From positions 11,880-75,879 of the forward strand of contig QHPD01000098.1 of the NCBI GenBank assembly GCA_003218975.1: a DNA stretch of 64,000 bases, read 5' to 3'. This document shows, piece after piece, positions 28,179 through 37,459 of this stretch (the first letter of the stretch is position 1; every line of letters begins with the position of its first letter). Both the position numbers and the translations under genes were made by a program. A model generated the notes under the pieces. It ran no database searches and was not told where the DNA came from. It saw only the letters and a program-made list of their open reading frames with translations. The stretch is from Verrucomicrobiota bacterium. Lineage in GTDB: Bacteria > Verrucomicrobiota > Verrucomicrobiia > Chthoniobacterales > UBA10450.

Positions 28179-28751
28179 TGCGAGTATAAGAAAAACGGCG
28201 AGAGCCATGTCGCGTTTAGTCAGCTGAAAGAGCCACCACACAAATCGGTCGCCAAGATTGAGCAAACCGGAATGTGAGATCATTCCGCGATGTCTCGTAT
28301 AAAATGACTCGTGCAAAGTGGACAAAGCAACCGAACTTTTGCTCTTGCCCACTCGTAGGAGCAGCTCGTTGGCCGTAATCAGGACAGCGCACACAACTCC
28401 TTCACTCGAACGGCGAAGCCCCAACCCGAGCGCGAGAACATAGAGAAGGCTTGCTGCAAAATCGCAAAAGTAATCCAGTCGTTCCCCGAGTTTTGATTCC
28501 AACTTTTTGGCGCGCGCGATTTCGCCGTCGCAACCATCAAGAATACTGAACACTTGAAAAATGGCTGCGCCGATGACGACGCTGACGTAATCGCCGCGTA
28601 CCAAAAATACAGAGGCAATTAGCGGTAAAACAAAGATCGATATCGTCCACGCGTTAGGGTGAATCGGAAACTTGAGCAGAAAACGCGTTATCCGCCGCGA
28701 AATCGGCCGGTTCAAAAACCGCGAAACTAGACCGTCTTGAGGTTTGCTCAT
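28044..28751 (-). CDS. CDP-alcohol phosphotransferase family membrane protein
   Basis: Perfect motif DGCDGEIARAKKLESKLGERLDYFCD. About 6 TM segments. Confidence 0.85.
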   Translation of the reverse strand: MSKPQDGLVSRFLNRPISRRITRFLLKFPIHPNAWTISIFVLPLIASVFLVRGDYVSVVIGAAIFQVFSILDGCDGEIARAKKLESKLGERLDYFCDFAASLLYVLALGLGLRRSSEGVVCAVLITANELLLRVGKSKSSVALSTLHESFYTRHRGMISHSGLLNLGDRFVWWLFQLTKRDMALAVFLILALLGLADWILHLWTIVAGASLVPSAIAATRSSIGAGDVVTREPRS

Positions 28752-28853
28752 CAGGTCAATGTCCCTCTGAAAATTCGATACGTCTTGAAGCGTGTCGCCC
28801 CAACGCTTCGATGAATCGATTGACCAGGAAGTTACCGAAACGAAACGCTCGCG

Positions 28854-31800
28854 CTACCAAGACTCCTCAATTTCGCGAGCGAGATCTTTGGGGTGCAGAC
28901 GGCGAAGGCGCTCCCATTCCTCTGCGAGTTCATTTTCACTATAAGCAACAAGCTGGCCAGTCGTAGTCGAATAAATTCCCGCGCTAACTGGCTGGTTCGT
29001 TATTTCAGCGACGGCTTTCCAATAGGCTGCAATTTGCGGAAGATACTGCATGCGCAAGATGCCAATCTTACTCCGCGCGATCTGGTTGGTTTTCCAGTCG
29101 AGAATGAAAACCCCGTTCGCCTTCTGATTGAAAGACGCAAGATCGATAATGCCTTCCAAACACTGATTCTCGCCCATTCGCCAGAAGAACGGCATCTCCT
29201 GACGAACTAAATCGGCGTCGCGCAGAACGTGCACGAGTCCATCCACGGATTCGATATGCCTTTGCAACAGCTGCCACTCGCGCTTTGAGCGTGCGACATC
29301 CGGCGACGTACAAACCTTGCGCTCGAAAGTTTCGCTCCAGTTCTTCGGCTCAGGCCGCCAATCGATCTGTTCGGCGAAATCGTGCCACCAAATTCCATAA
29401 CGCTTCGCTGGATTATCGATTCGCGGCGGTCGCAATTCCGGTTCGATCTCGATCCATTTCTCCACGGTTGGACTTCCGCTGAGTTCTTCTTCCGGCGCGA
29501 ACTGACTCGGGGTGACTGTCTCAATAATAGAAGCCGCTCTCTGCCGTGCGATGTCGACCGACCCAGTCTCAAGTCGCAGCGCGCGTAAACTGTCAGCGAC
29601 CAATTCAGGTGCGCGTTCCTTGTGATGTGCAGCGGTTTCCTCGCAAGCTGTCGCTTCGTCGGGAAGGTTTAAGATGATTTCGGCGTTCTCCTCGTTCGCG
29701 TCGGCTTGCAGCCATTTCAGTTGCGTATCGCTATGGACGCCGCGCTTGCCTCGAAACAACTGAGGGTCCAGTGCGAACACGAGCGTGTGGCGCGCGCGTG
29801 TGAGCGCCACGTAAAGCAGCCGTTCCATTTCCTGGCGCTGGACCTTTTTCATCTCGTCTTCCAGATCCGCGCGATCGCTCCGATCAAACGCGATGAACGG
29901 TTGCTCGCCCGAAATAACAAGCGGATAACGAATGTTCCCGCCGAGCCGCGCCTCGCGCGCGAGGAACGGCACAATGACTGCGTCCCACTCCGATCCCTTC
30001 GCCTTATGCGCGGTCATTAGCTGGATCGCATCAGCTTGCGCCGGTTCAGTTTCGCGGATCTTATCGAAGTTGCGCCGAAGCGTCAGCGCAAAATCGCCCA
30101 ACGACTCCTGCCGCGCCTCCGCGTCTGCCACTGCGCTGAGTAGTTTGTCCAGCTCGTTCACCGAATCGCCGAATTCTTCGCGCGGCAAAGTGCGTAATCG
30201 CTCGCGCAGCTGCGTCATTCGCACGATCTCGCGCACTGCGCTGAAGAGCGGCTGGTGGGGCAAACCTTCGCGAACTCGCGTCAGCAGATTCAATCTGTCG
30301 GCAACAACTCCCCGTCCGGCGGTTTTCCGCTCGATTTGAAATTTGCGGGCGTCGCGTTGAGCAAATCGCGCCAGCTCGTCGTCCGAGATTCCGAACACTT
30401 CTCTCAGCACTCCCACGATTTCGTAGCTCGAATTTGGATCGGACATGGTCGCGAGCAACGCCGCGAGCCACGCGTACGCCGGATGTTCGGCCTGACGATC
30501 ACTTTCCGACTGGACCTCCACCGGAATTTGTTGTTCGGGCAGCGCATCGCGAATCGCGCGCAACCACGCTTTGCGTGGGCATAGAATCGCGACTTCGCGC
30601 CAACATCTCGCCCGCAGCTTTTCCAGCCCGGCGTCGCGCATCCATTTCGCCAAACGCTGAGCTTCGATCTGCGCGCGTTGCGTCTCGGTTAGCTCAAGAT
30701 CGACATCATCGCCGAGCTCGAACCGAATTACTTGTCCCGGCAAAATTTCCGGGCGCGGACTGAGCTCAACAAACTCAACCTGACCGTCAGTGTTGTTCAG
30801 AATCTTCGCGAATGTGTCGTTCACGAAATCGACCTGCGCCTGATCGAGTCGGAATGTCACCGAGAACGTCAGTTCTTCGGCCGCACCCGTTTCGATGAGC
30901 GCGCGATGAAGCTCGCGATAGTGATTCAGGTCGCTCGGATCGCGATAAATCGACTGCTGAAAATCACCGACCATGGAGAAATGACCGGCCCGAGGTCCTT
31001 GATGTCGATCTTGTCCGCCGCCGATCGGACTCGCTCCGGCGAGGAACCATTCGCCGCGCGCATCCACCGGCCGCGTCATTTCGAGCAAGACAAAAAACTG
31101 CTGCGGATCTGTATCCTGAGCTTCGTCGAGAAGGACCCGATAATGTTTGTTACGAATCTGCTTCGCCACCTCCGGCAGCCGCAACAGTTCGGCCGCGAGC
31201 GCGACCTGGTCCGGATAAGTAATCGCGCCACGACCTAAACGGAACTCGCGGTAATCGCTTTGCAATTCCGCCGCCACGCAAGCCGCGCACGCGCTTGCCC
31301 ATTCGCGCAGTGGTCGAAACGCTTCGCGCCAGAGCGCGGTGAAGTCTCTCGCTGCCGTGGCGCACGCTGGCCAGGGGGCGAAGTCGTCCGTGTCGCGCCA
31401 GCGCCGCAGCCATTCGCGCAGTTGCGCCTTCGCCTTCGGAATGTTTGTTGCCTGCGTGTTTTCAGCCGCGGCTTCGACTTTGCTGAAATCGCATTCGGGA
31501 CACCGTCCAAGCGATTGCGGCGGGATGAAGTGGTGGTCCTGCTTTCGCGCGAGCTCCATCAATTGTCGCGCCTGCATTAAGCGCAACAGCAGACGGCGAT
31601 TTTCTTCGCCTAATGAATGACCGATCTCCGTTTGTTGCTCGACGAACTCATTCCACAGGTCATCATCGTCCGTTATCGTTTCGAGTCTCGCCGGCAGACC
31701 GAGATGATGTCCATGCATCGCGAGCAGCTTCATGCAAAACGCATGGATGGTTCCGAAAAACGCGCGGCCAAACGCTTCCACGGTTTCCAGCGGCAAGCCG

Positions 31801-32039
31801 GCTTCGAGAATTCGCTGGCGCGTTCGCTGTTGCATTTCATCGGCAGCGCGATTCGTGTAAGTCACGACGACAAGTTGCGGCAGCCATTCAAGCGCGCGTT
31901 GCCAATCTTTCGCGATCTCAACGATCCGATCAGTGATCGCGCGCGTTTTTCCAGAGCCAGCGGAAGCGACGACGGAGAAGTTGCGATCCAATTCTTGAAC
32001 GAATCGCTGCCGCGCGGCATCGTCGGCAATCGTCGTCAC
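28854..32039 (-). CDS. addA: AddA/UvrD-type helicase-nuclease subunit A
   Basis: Walker A ASAGSGKT, UvrD/Rep helicase motifs, and a C-terminal PD-(D/E)xK-like nuclease region (IIDLASF...LDWKT). 4-nt overlap with the upstream addB-like gene. Confidence 0.8.
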   Translation of the reverse strand: MTTIADDAARQRFVQELDRNFSVVASAGSGKTRAITDRIVEIAKDWQRALEWLPQLVVVTYTNRAADEMQQRTRQRILEAGLPLETVEAFGRAFFGTIHAFCMKLLAMHGHHLGLPARLETITDDDDLWNEFVEQQTEIGHSLGEENRRLLLRLMQARQLMELARKQDHHFIPPQSLGRCPECDFSKVEAAAENTQATNIPKAKAQLREWLRRWRDTDDFAPWPACATAARDFTALWREAFRPLREWASACAACVAAELQSDYREFRLGRGAITYPDQVALAAELLRLPEVAKQIRNKHYRVLLDEAQDTDPQQFFVLLEMTRPVDARGEWFLAGASPIGGGQDRHQGPRAGHFSMVGDFQQSIYRDPSDLNHYRELHRALIETGAAEELTFSVTFRLDQAQVDFVNDTFAKILNNTDGQVEFVELSPRPEILPGQVIRFELGDDVDLELTETQRAQIEAQRLAKWMRDAGLEKLRARCWREVAILCPRKAWLRAIRDALPEQQIPVEVQSESDRQAEHPAYAWLAALLATMSDPNSSYEIVGVLREVFGISDDELARFAQRDARKFQIERKTAGRGVVADRLNLLTRVREGLPHQPLFSAVREIVRMTQLRERLRTLPREEFGDSVNELDKLLSAVADAEARQESLGDFALTLRRNFDKIRETEPAQADAIQLMTAHKAKGSEWDAVIVPFLAREARLGGNIRYPLVISGEQPFIAFDRSDRADLEDEMKKVQRQEMERLLYVALTRARHTLVFALDPQLFRGKRGVHSDTQLKWLQADANEENAEIILNLPDEATACEETAAHHKERAPELVADSLRALRLETGSVDIARQRAASIIETVTPSQFAPEEELSGSPTVEKWIEIEPELRPPRIDNPAKRYGIWWHDFAEQIDWRPEPKNWSETFERKVCTSPDVARSKREWQLLQRHIESVDGLVHVLRDADLVRQEMPFFWRMGENQCLEGIIDLASFNQKANGVFILDWKTNQIARSKIGILRMQYLPQIAAYWKAVAEITNQPVSAGIYSTTTGQLVAYSENELAEEWERLRRLHPKDLAREIEESW

Positions 32040-35000
32040 TTCGCTTGCTCCTCCTCTTCAAGCACGAACGCTGGATGGGTCAGCGTCCATTTCTCTGCAA
32101 GCAGATCCATATCGATCGGCAGCGTCGCGAGGGGATATCTTCTAACGAATCCGAAATCGGCATGAATCGGGCCGAGCATTCCGAAGACGCCCGTTTCCTG
32201 CATCCGGTGCAGCTCCTTCCAGAAATCTTTTTGTGCGAGCACATCGGCCAAATGAAACTGCGGTTCGAGCTGTTCCGCCGGAGAAAGCAGCGTCAGTTGA
32301 ACATCCTCAGCGCCGCGCGCGTGCACCGCGAGCGCGTAGAGCGCGAGCTGAACGCCGCGGCCCTCGATCAATTGCTTGTGAAATTTTCGCTTGGGCGTGT
32401 CGTTACGTCGCAGCTCTTTCAAATTAAAGCCCCGCTGCCGTCCTGTTTTGTAATCGACAACCCAGAAGTCTTCGTAGCCGATTTGCGATTGCTGAGATTT
32501 CCGACGCGCAAGAATGAGATCAATCCGGCCGCGAACTCGCAGCGTCTCGTTCACGCTCAATGGAATTAGAGTTGGCTCCCCAAGCGGCCATTCGACTGCC
32601 ATTTCCGACCAGTCGTGGAGATCAGAAACTTTTGCAGCGAGACAATCGGCGATGTAAAGCGCGTTGCTCCAGCCGGAGCGCCACCAATCTGGAAGAACTT
32701 TGCTACGCCTCGCGCAAAGCGCCGCGACGTGTTCGCGAAGCTCGCGGGCCTCCTGCGAAATGCGCTGACGGATTTCATCGGCGCGATTCACTTCGACAAA
32801 TTTTCGCACTCCGCCGTTTCGGACGCTGTCCGCGAGCCAGCGATGGACCCATTGTCCGGTCGCACCTGCCCAGGCATCGCCGTTGTAATCATCGGGCGCG
32901 ACGCCGAGAAAAATTTCCATCCAAACGATGGCCGGGCAGCGCAACGCTTGCTCCCACTGGGTGACACGCAGCGATTTTTGCTCATTGGCTGGACTCCGAA
33001 GTGCGAATTCGTATTCGCCCGCCGGCCGCAACCGCCGGCGTGCATCGAACGCGTATCGTGTCCGGCCAACGTTGATCGAGTCGACTTTTTGCGCATCCGC
33101 GGGAGACCAATCCTTCAACCAATCGCGGGTTCGCTCTTCCAGTGAGTGGAGTGTCTGCTGCGAAACTCCACGACTGTGTGCGTTGAAGTAAATCCAGGAA
33201 AAAAATTCGCTCGGGTTCGCGATTCGACTCGGCGTTGCTTCAGAATACAGGCTCGCGCTCGCGCCGATGGCTTCGCTTACAGATTCCACGAGGCTGAGAA
33301 GTTGCCTCCGGCGGATCTGTCGTTGCTCCTTGGGACCAAGGAGCAGGGTCTTCCTTTCACGCACGCTCCAATGACCTTCCCCTTGCCGGCCGCGTTTCGA
33401 CGCGCGCCGGTTCAGCGTCGTATTCTGTCGATTAAGATCCTCGATCTGCTCGTCCCGGACGAAGGCAAGCTCGCCGTCGAAACCCGGCCATGCTTCATCG
33501 TTTAGTCCGGCAAAAATCAGATGCGACCACGGCTGGCCCTCTGCGTCCGTGCTAGCGAGCAGGTGCACGCGCGCGTATGGATGTGCGCCCAGATCGTCGC
33601 GCTCGAGTGACGGCGCGCCAAGAAGTTCCCGCAGCCATCGCAAATAGGAATTCTTTGAAAATTTCGTCGATAGCCGATCTCTCCAACTGCGACTAAATCG
33701 CTCGACTTCGTTCCAACGTTCTTTCCAGCCGAGCTTAGAAAAGATTGCTCGCGTTTGTGATAGAAATTCGGCGAGTGACGCGCTCTCGGGGAGAAACCGG
33801 ATTTTCTGCAGCTCGCGCGCGACAGCGTTGCCGTGCCGCAACTCGGGGCTGCTCTCGCAGTAATCGCGCAGCAGCTCAATGTCGTCGATAAGCACATTCT
33901 TGTAACCGCGGCACAGGGTCTCTTGTATCTGCAAGACGGACAATTCGTCGAAGGTCTGCCCCTCAGTAGCACGAAGAAATCGAAACAGCGGTTTTAGCCG
34001 TGGCGTTTGTTGCAGCTCGAGCCATGCACGCCAGGCGTCATCGTCGAAGGCACTCGGCGCGAGATGCGCGATAGCGTCGTTGTGCACAATTCCGGCTGAT
34101 TGGAGAAAGGTCGCGACCAAACGCGCAAGCGCGCCCGGTCCTGAGAACAAAATGCCGAGCCGTTCGCAACGTGGATCGGCCAGGAATTTTGCGGCGAGAG
34201 CGACGATCGCGCGCGCTTGCTGCGTCGTATCACGACCAATAACAAAATGAACGTTCGAGGCCGGAACCGGTAAGGTTTCTGTTACTGAGGCTGTCGCTCT
34301 TCCATTGGTCAGCGGAATTACCTCTGCCGGCCCAAAAGTTTCCTCCCATGTTCCGATCCAGGTTTCGTCGAGATCACAGGCGGCATCGCGCGGATTGCTC
34401 AATACAACACTGGTCTCGCCCGCGGACAGTGTCGCAGCATGAAGTAACGGCCAGAGCGGCCAATGTGCTGCGTCGAATCCGAACACGAGTAAATTGCTAA
34501 ACAGCGGCTGAAACTTCCGGGCATCCGCGAGCACGACGCGATCCGCGTCGTAACCGAAAGTGAAGCCGCATTCGCGCACTTGTTCTTCGAATCGCGTGGC
34601 GATTTCGCGCAACGCGGGCGAGTCGATCTCATCAAAAGTCCAGCCGGCGGCGCGCAGTTGGTCAATCGCGTGGAGAAAACGATCAGGATCCCGAGCGATG
34701 GATTTTGCGACGGGCAGTGTTTCATCACCGCTGCTTTTGCTCGTGAATTGTTCGGCGGTGACGGCGAGAAGGAGACGAAGATGCTCGCGCAGCGGCACCT
34801 GCAGGTCACAGTGGCGACGCAATAGTTCCCGCAGCTGCGGTGGCGAGAGAAATTTCACCGCGACCAGGGATTTACCTTCGCGGAGCAGGCGACTCCGAAA
34901 AAAATACGCCTGGCTGCGAGACGCTGTGACGACAGCCGCGGGTTGCTGATCCTCCAAGGCCCGGGCAGCGATCTTTTCAAACCAATGCCTGACTACGTTC

Positions 35001-35083
35001 TCCCACGCCGCTTCCGGCGACGCTCCGATGTGCAGCGATACGCGCGGCGAATGTAGTTCAGGTTTGCTGCGCGCTCGGGGCAT
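32036..35083 (-). CDS. addB: AddB-like helicase-nuclease subunit B (PD-(D/E)xK)
   Basis: About 1000 aa partner ORF coupled to addA. C-terminal RIDLI...VVDYKTG nuclease motif. The ORF is open to 35128; ATG 35083 was chosen. Confidence 0.65.
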   Translation of the reverse strand: MPRARSKPELHSPRVSLHIGASPEAAWENVVRHWFEKIAARALEDQQPAAVVTASRSQAYFFRSRLLREGKSLVAVKFLSPPQLRELLRRHCDLQVPLREHLRLLLAVTAEQFTSKSSGDETLPVAKSIARDPDRFLHAIDQLRAAGWTFDEIDSPALREIATRFEEQVRECGFTFGYDADRVVLADARKFQPLFSNLLVFGFDAAHWPLWPLLHAATLSAGETSVVLSNPRDAACDLDETWIGTWEETFGPAEVIPLTNGRATASVTETLPVPASNVHFVIGRDTTQQARAIVALAAKFLADPRCERLGILFSGPGALARLVATFLQSAGIVHNDAIAHLAPSAFDDDAWRAWLELQQTPRLKPLFRFLRATEGQTFDELSVLQIQETLCRGYKNVLIDDIELLRDYCESSPELRHGNAVARELQKIRFLPESASLAEFLSQTRAIFSKLGWKERWNEVERFSRSWRDRLSTKFSKNSYLRWLRELLGAPSLERDDLGAHPYARVHLLASTDAEGQPWSHLIFAGLNDEAWPGFDGELAFVRDEQIEDLNRQNTTLNRRASKRGRQGEGHWSVRERKTLLLGPKEQRQIRRRQLLSLVESVSEAIGASASLYSEATPSRIANPSEFFSWIYFNAHSRGVSQQTLHSLEERTRDWLKDWSPADAQKVDSINVGRTRYAFDARRRLRPAGEYEFALRSPANEQKSLRVTQWEQALRCPAIVWMEIFLGVAPDDYNGDAWAGATGQWVHRWLADSVRNGGVRKFVEVNRADEIRQRISQEARELREHVAALCARRSKVLPDWWRSGWSNALYIADCLAAKVSDLHDWSEMAVEWPLGEPTLIPLSVNETLRVRGRIDLILARRKSQQSQIGYEDFWVVDYKTGRQRGFNLKELRRNDTPKRKFHKQLIEGRGVQLALYALAVHARGAEDVQLTLLSPAEQLEPQFHLADVLAQKDFWKELHRMQETGVFGMLGPIHADFGFVRRYPLATLPIDMDLLAEKWTLTHPAFVLEEEEQAK

Positions 35084-37016
35084 CGGCCAATTTAGCGCCT
35101 GCTGATTTCTTCGCGAGCACACGTTCATCTCCGATGCGCCGGGTCACACCCATGCGATCCAAGTATTCCAGAAACGGGATGATTACGCGGCGGGTGGTGC
35201 CAATTTTCTGTCGAATCTGACTGGCGGTGGCGGACCCCTTTTCGGATAGAAACTGGATGACTGCATCCTGCATCTGCTCGGCAGCGTCGCGAAGAACAAC
35301 GATCTCCCTGCTGATATCAACGATTTCACCTTGATCGATTAAAAAACGCAATGCCTGCTGAAGATTTCGATCTTCCGAAAACGCTGTGCGGTCGGGAGGA
35401 TCAAAACGTCTGGCCGAGAGCGTAGCGCGAATGTTTTCGGCGGCCGATACGAATTCCGGCGGCAGCAATGGACGGTGGCTGACGCGAGCAATTTGATTTT
35501 CGGAACGAACAAAACCGATTCGGGTTAGCTCTGAAATTACTGCGCTAAACAATTTCTCGGGCTGGATTTCTAACTCTGTCCGAAGCTCCGATACATCGAG
35601 TCCACGGCGCTCGGGATTTTTTTCATGGGCTCGGTCAATCAACCTGGCTGCTCTATCGATCACATCGTGCCAGTAAGATGCGTCGCCGGCGATATCGCCG
35701 GCCAGGACGATCTCGCCATGCTGTTTCAGCCGAGACAGTGCCTCACCGATTTCATCGGCGCCGAAGTTCGATTTCAACAGCAGCGTCTTGGATTCGGCGA
35801 ATCCATTACGTCTAAGCTGGGACCGCACGCAAACGTTGACGTCCTGCGGTGCGGTCGCGCGCTCTCTTAACAACTGAATGTGTGCGGCAGAGCGGAAATT
35901 GGCGCGATCGGCGTCGGGATCGAGCACGGTGCCGCCGGCAATGGTGTTTTGTTCGGAAGAATCGCGCAGGACAAACCGATCGCCAAGAAACGCAAGAATC
36001 GGTGAATCGAGTCGCAACTGAGCAATTGCGCTTTGGGCCGCTCCAAGCGCAGGTCCGTCGAATAATGTGATTTTCGCGGCCGTGCGACTGGTTCCAAAAT
36101 GAACTTGAACAGAACTGCCGTTCTTGATTGGACGCGCTGCAGGAGAGTTTCGCTTTAGTCGCGGCGATCTTTCTATAAGCACGTCAATTATTGCGTTCGG
36201 ATTACCGAGGCCCTGAACGGTAATGAGATCGCCGCGTTGCATTTCCTTCTCGCCAATTGAGACATCGGGCAGATTCATGGCCGTGCGCATTCCCGGCTGA
36301 GCCATTTCGATATCGCGGCCGTGGTTTTGAATGGAACGAACCCGAGCTGAAATATTTCGGGGCTGGACGACGACATCCTGGCCGCGCCGAATTGAACCGC
36401 CGCTCAGCGTGCCGGTGACGACTGTTCCGACGCCGCGAAGCACAAATGCGCGATCGACGAAAAGCCTCGGCTTTCCGATATCGCACGGTGGCCGCAACTG
36501 CGCCAACTCGGATGCGAGTGCGCTATTCAAATCTCTGATTCCTTCACCAGTGCGGACGGACGTCGGAACGATTTGGCAACTGGTGAATGGAGTTCGTTCC
36601 AACTCCTCACGGGTTTGAGTAGCGACGGTCTCGACGTTTCCCAAATCGCATTTGGTGAGCGCGACAGCGATGCGCTGAACGCCGAGATAACTTAGAATTT
36701 GCAAATGTTCTTCCGTTTGCGGCATCCAGCCGTCGTCTGCCGCGACGACCAGCAACGCGAGATCGACCGAGCCGACACCGGCGAGCATGTTGCGCACGAA
36801 ATCTTCGTGACCCGGAACATCGACAATTCCGACGTGGAATTTCTCGCCGTCAGGGCCGGTGAGATTCAGTTCGGCGAAACCCAGGTCGATAGTAATTCCG
36901 CGCGCTTTCTCTTCCGGTAAGCGGTCGGGATCGGTTCCGGTCAGCGCCTTAACCAGCGCGCTCTTGCCGTGATCGACGTGACCTGCGGTGGCGATGATGA
37001 AATGGCGAGTGGTCAC
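35058..37016 (-). CDS. selB: selenocysteine-specific translation elongation factor SelB
   Basis: G-domain [20 protein letters not shown] followed by winged-helix C-terminal domains. The ORF is open to 37052, but those first codons are encoded by a CTTCGTG repeat plus a T9/A9 run, so GTG 37016 is the likelier start. Confidence 0.9.
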   Translation of the reverse strand: MTTRHFIIATAGHVDHGKSALVKALTGTDPDRLPEEKARGITIDLGFAELNLTGPDGEKFHVGIVDVPGHEDFVRNMLAGVGSVDLALLVVAADDGWMPQTEEHLQILSYLGVQRIAVALTKCDLGNVETVATQTREELERTPFTSCQIVPTSVRTGEGIRDLNSALASELAQLRPPCDIGKPRLFVDRAFVLRGVGTVVTGTLSGGSIRRGQDVVVQPRNISARVRSIQNHGRDIEMAQPGMRTAMNLPDVSIGEKEMQRGDLITVQGLGNPNAIIDVLIERSPRLKRNSPAARPIKNGSSVQVHFGTSRTAAKITLFDGPALGAAQSAIAQLRLDSPILAFLGDRFVLRDSSEQNTIAGGTVLDPDADRANFRSAAHIQLLRERATAPQDVNVCVRSQLRRNGFAESKTLLLKSNFGADEIGEALSRLKQHGEIVLAGDIAGDASYWHDVIDRAARLIDRAHEKNPERRGLDVSELRTELEIQPEKLFSAVISELTRIGFVRSENQIARVSHRPLLPPEFVSAAENIRATLSARRFDPPDRTAFSEDRNLQQALRFLIDQGEIVDISREIVVLRDAAEQMQDAVIQFLSEKGSATASQIRQKIGTTRRVIIPFLEYLDRMGVTRRIGDERVLAKKSAGAKLADAPSAQQT

Positions 37017-37031
37017 GCCTTTTTTTTTAAC

Positions 37032-37058
37032 CACGAAGGACACGAAGCGCACGAAGGG
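37032..37058. repeat. three tandem 9-mers CACGAAGNN
   Basis: cacgaagga cacgaagcg cacgaaggg, read directly. Lies between the GxxExxY stop and selB, adjacent to a T9 homopolymer (37020-37028). Confidence 0.8.
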
Positions 37059-37430
37059 CTACAAGACGAAACGTTGGATTCCATTCTGCAACTTTGTGAC
37101 GTTAAAGTTGATCATCAAGCCGACCGGAATTTTCGACAGTCGCATGTACGTAAGAATTTGCGCCTGATGAATCGGGAGCAGAGTTTCAATGCACTTGATT
37201 TCCACAATCAGGTCGCCACTTACGAGCAGGTCGATTCGGTACCCGCAATCGAGCAGCATTCCTTTTGTAGCGAGCCGGCAATGGAAGCTCCATCTGGAAT
37301 GGAATCCCAGCATGTGAAGGTTCACACGCCAAGCATTGACGATATGTTGACTCCATAAACTCGGCCCGAGATTGCGATGCACTTCGAGGGCGCACCCGAT
37401 CACTTTGCGCGACAACTCATCAAACTCCAT
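37059..37430 (-). CDS. GxxExxY-family (PD-(D/E)xK-like) small protein, internally frame-scrambled
   Basis: N-terminus (ELSRKVIGCALEVHRNLGP) and C-terminus (GYRIDLLVSGDLIVEIKCIETLLPIHQAQILTYMRLSKIPVGLMINF) fit the family. The signature segment (EFMESTYRQCLACE...LPLPARYK) is encoded in another frame (37264-37362). Confidence 0.6.
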   Translation of the reverse strand: MEFDELSRKVIGCALEVHRNLGPSLWSQHIVNAWRVNLHMLGFHSRWSFHCRLATKGMLLDCGYRIDLLVSGDLIVEIKCIETLLPIHQAQILTYMRLSKIPVGLMINFNVTKLQNGIQRFVL

Positions 37431-37459
37431 GTCCGGGTCCTTCGTGATCTTCGTGATGA

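Noticed and set aside
28786-28810. Hairpin GAAGCGT-N9-ACGCTTC downstream of addA as a terminator.
   Set aside because: Short stem, no following U-tract. Too weak to call.
36969-37358. Plus-strand ORF containing FFFNHEGHEAHEG.
   Set aside because: The His/Glu-rich start is simply the translation of the CACGAAGNN tandem repeat, and the remainder is antisense to the GxxExxY gene.
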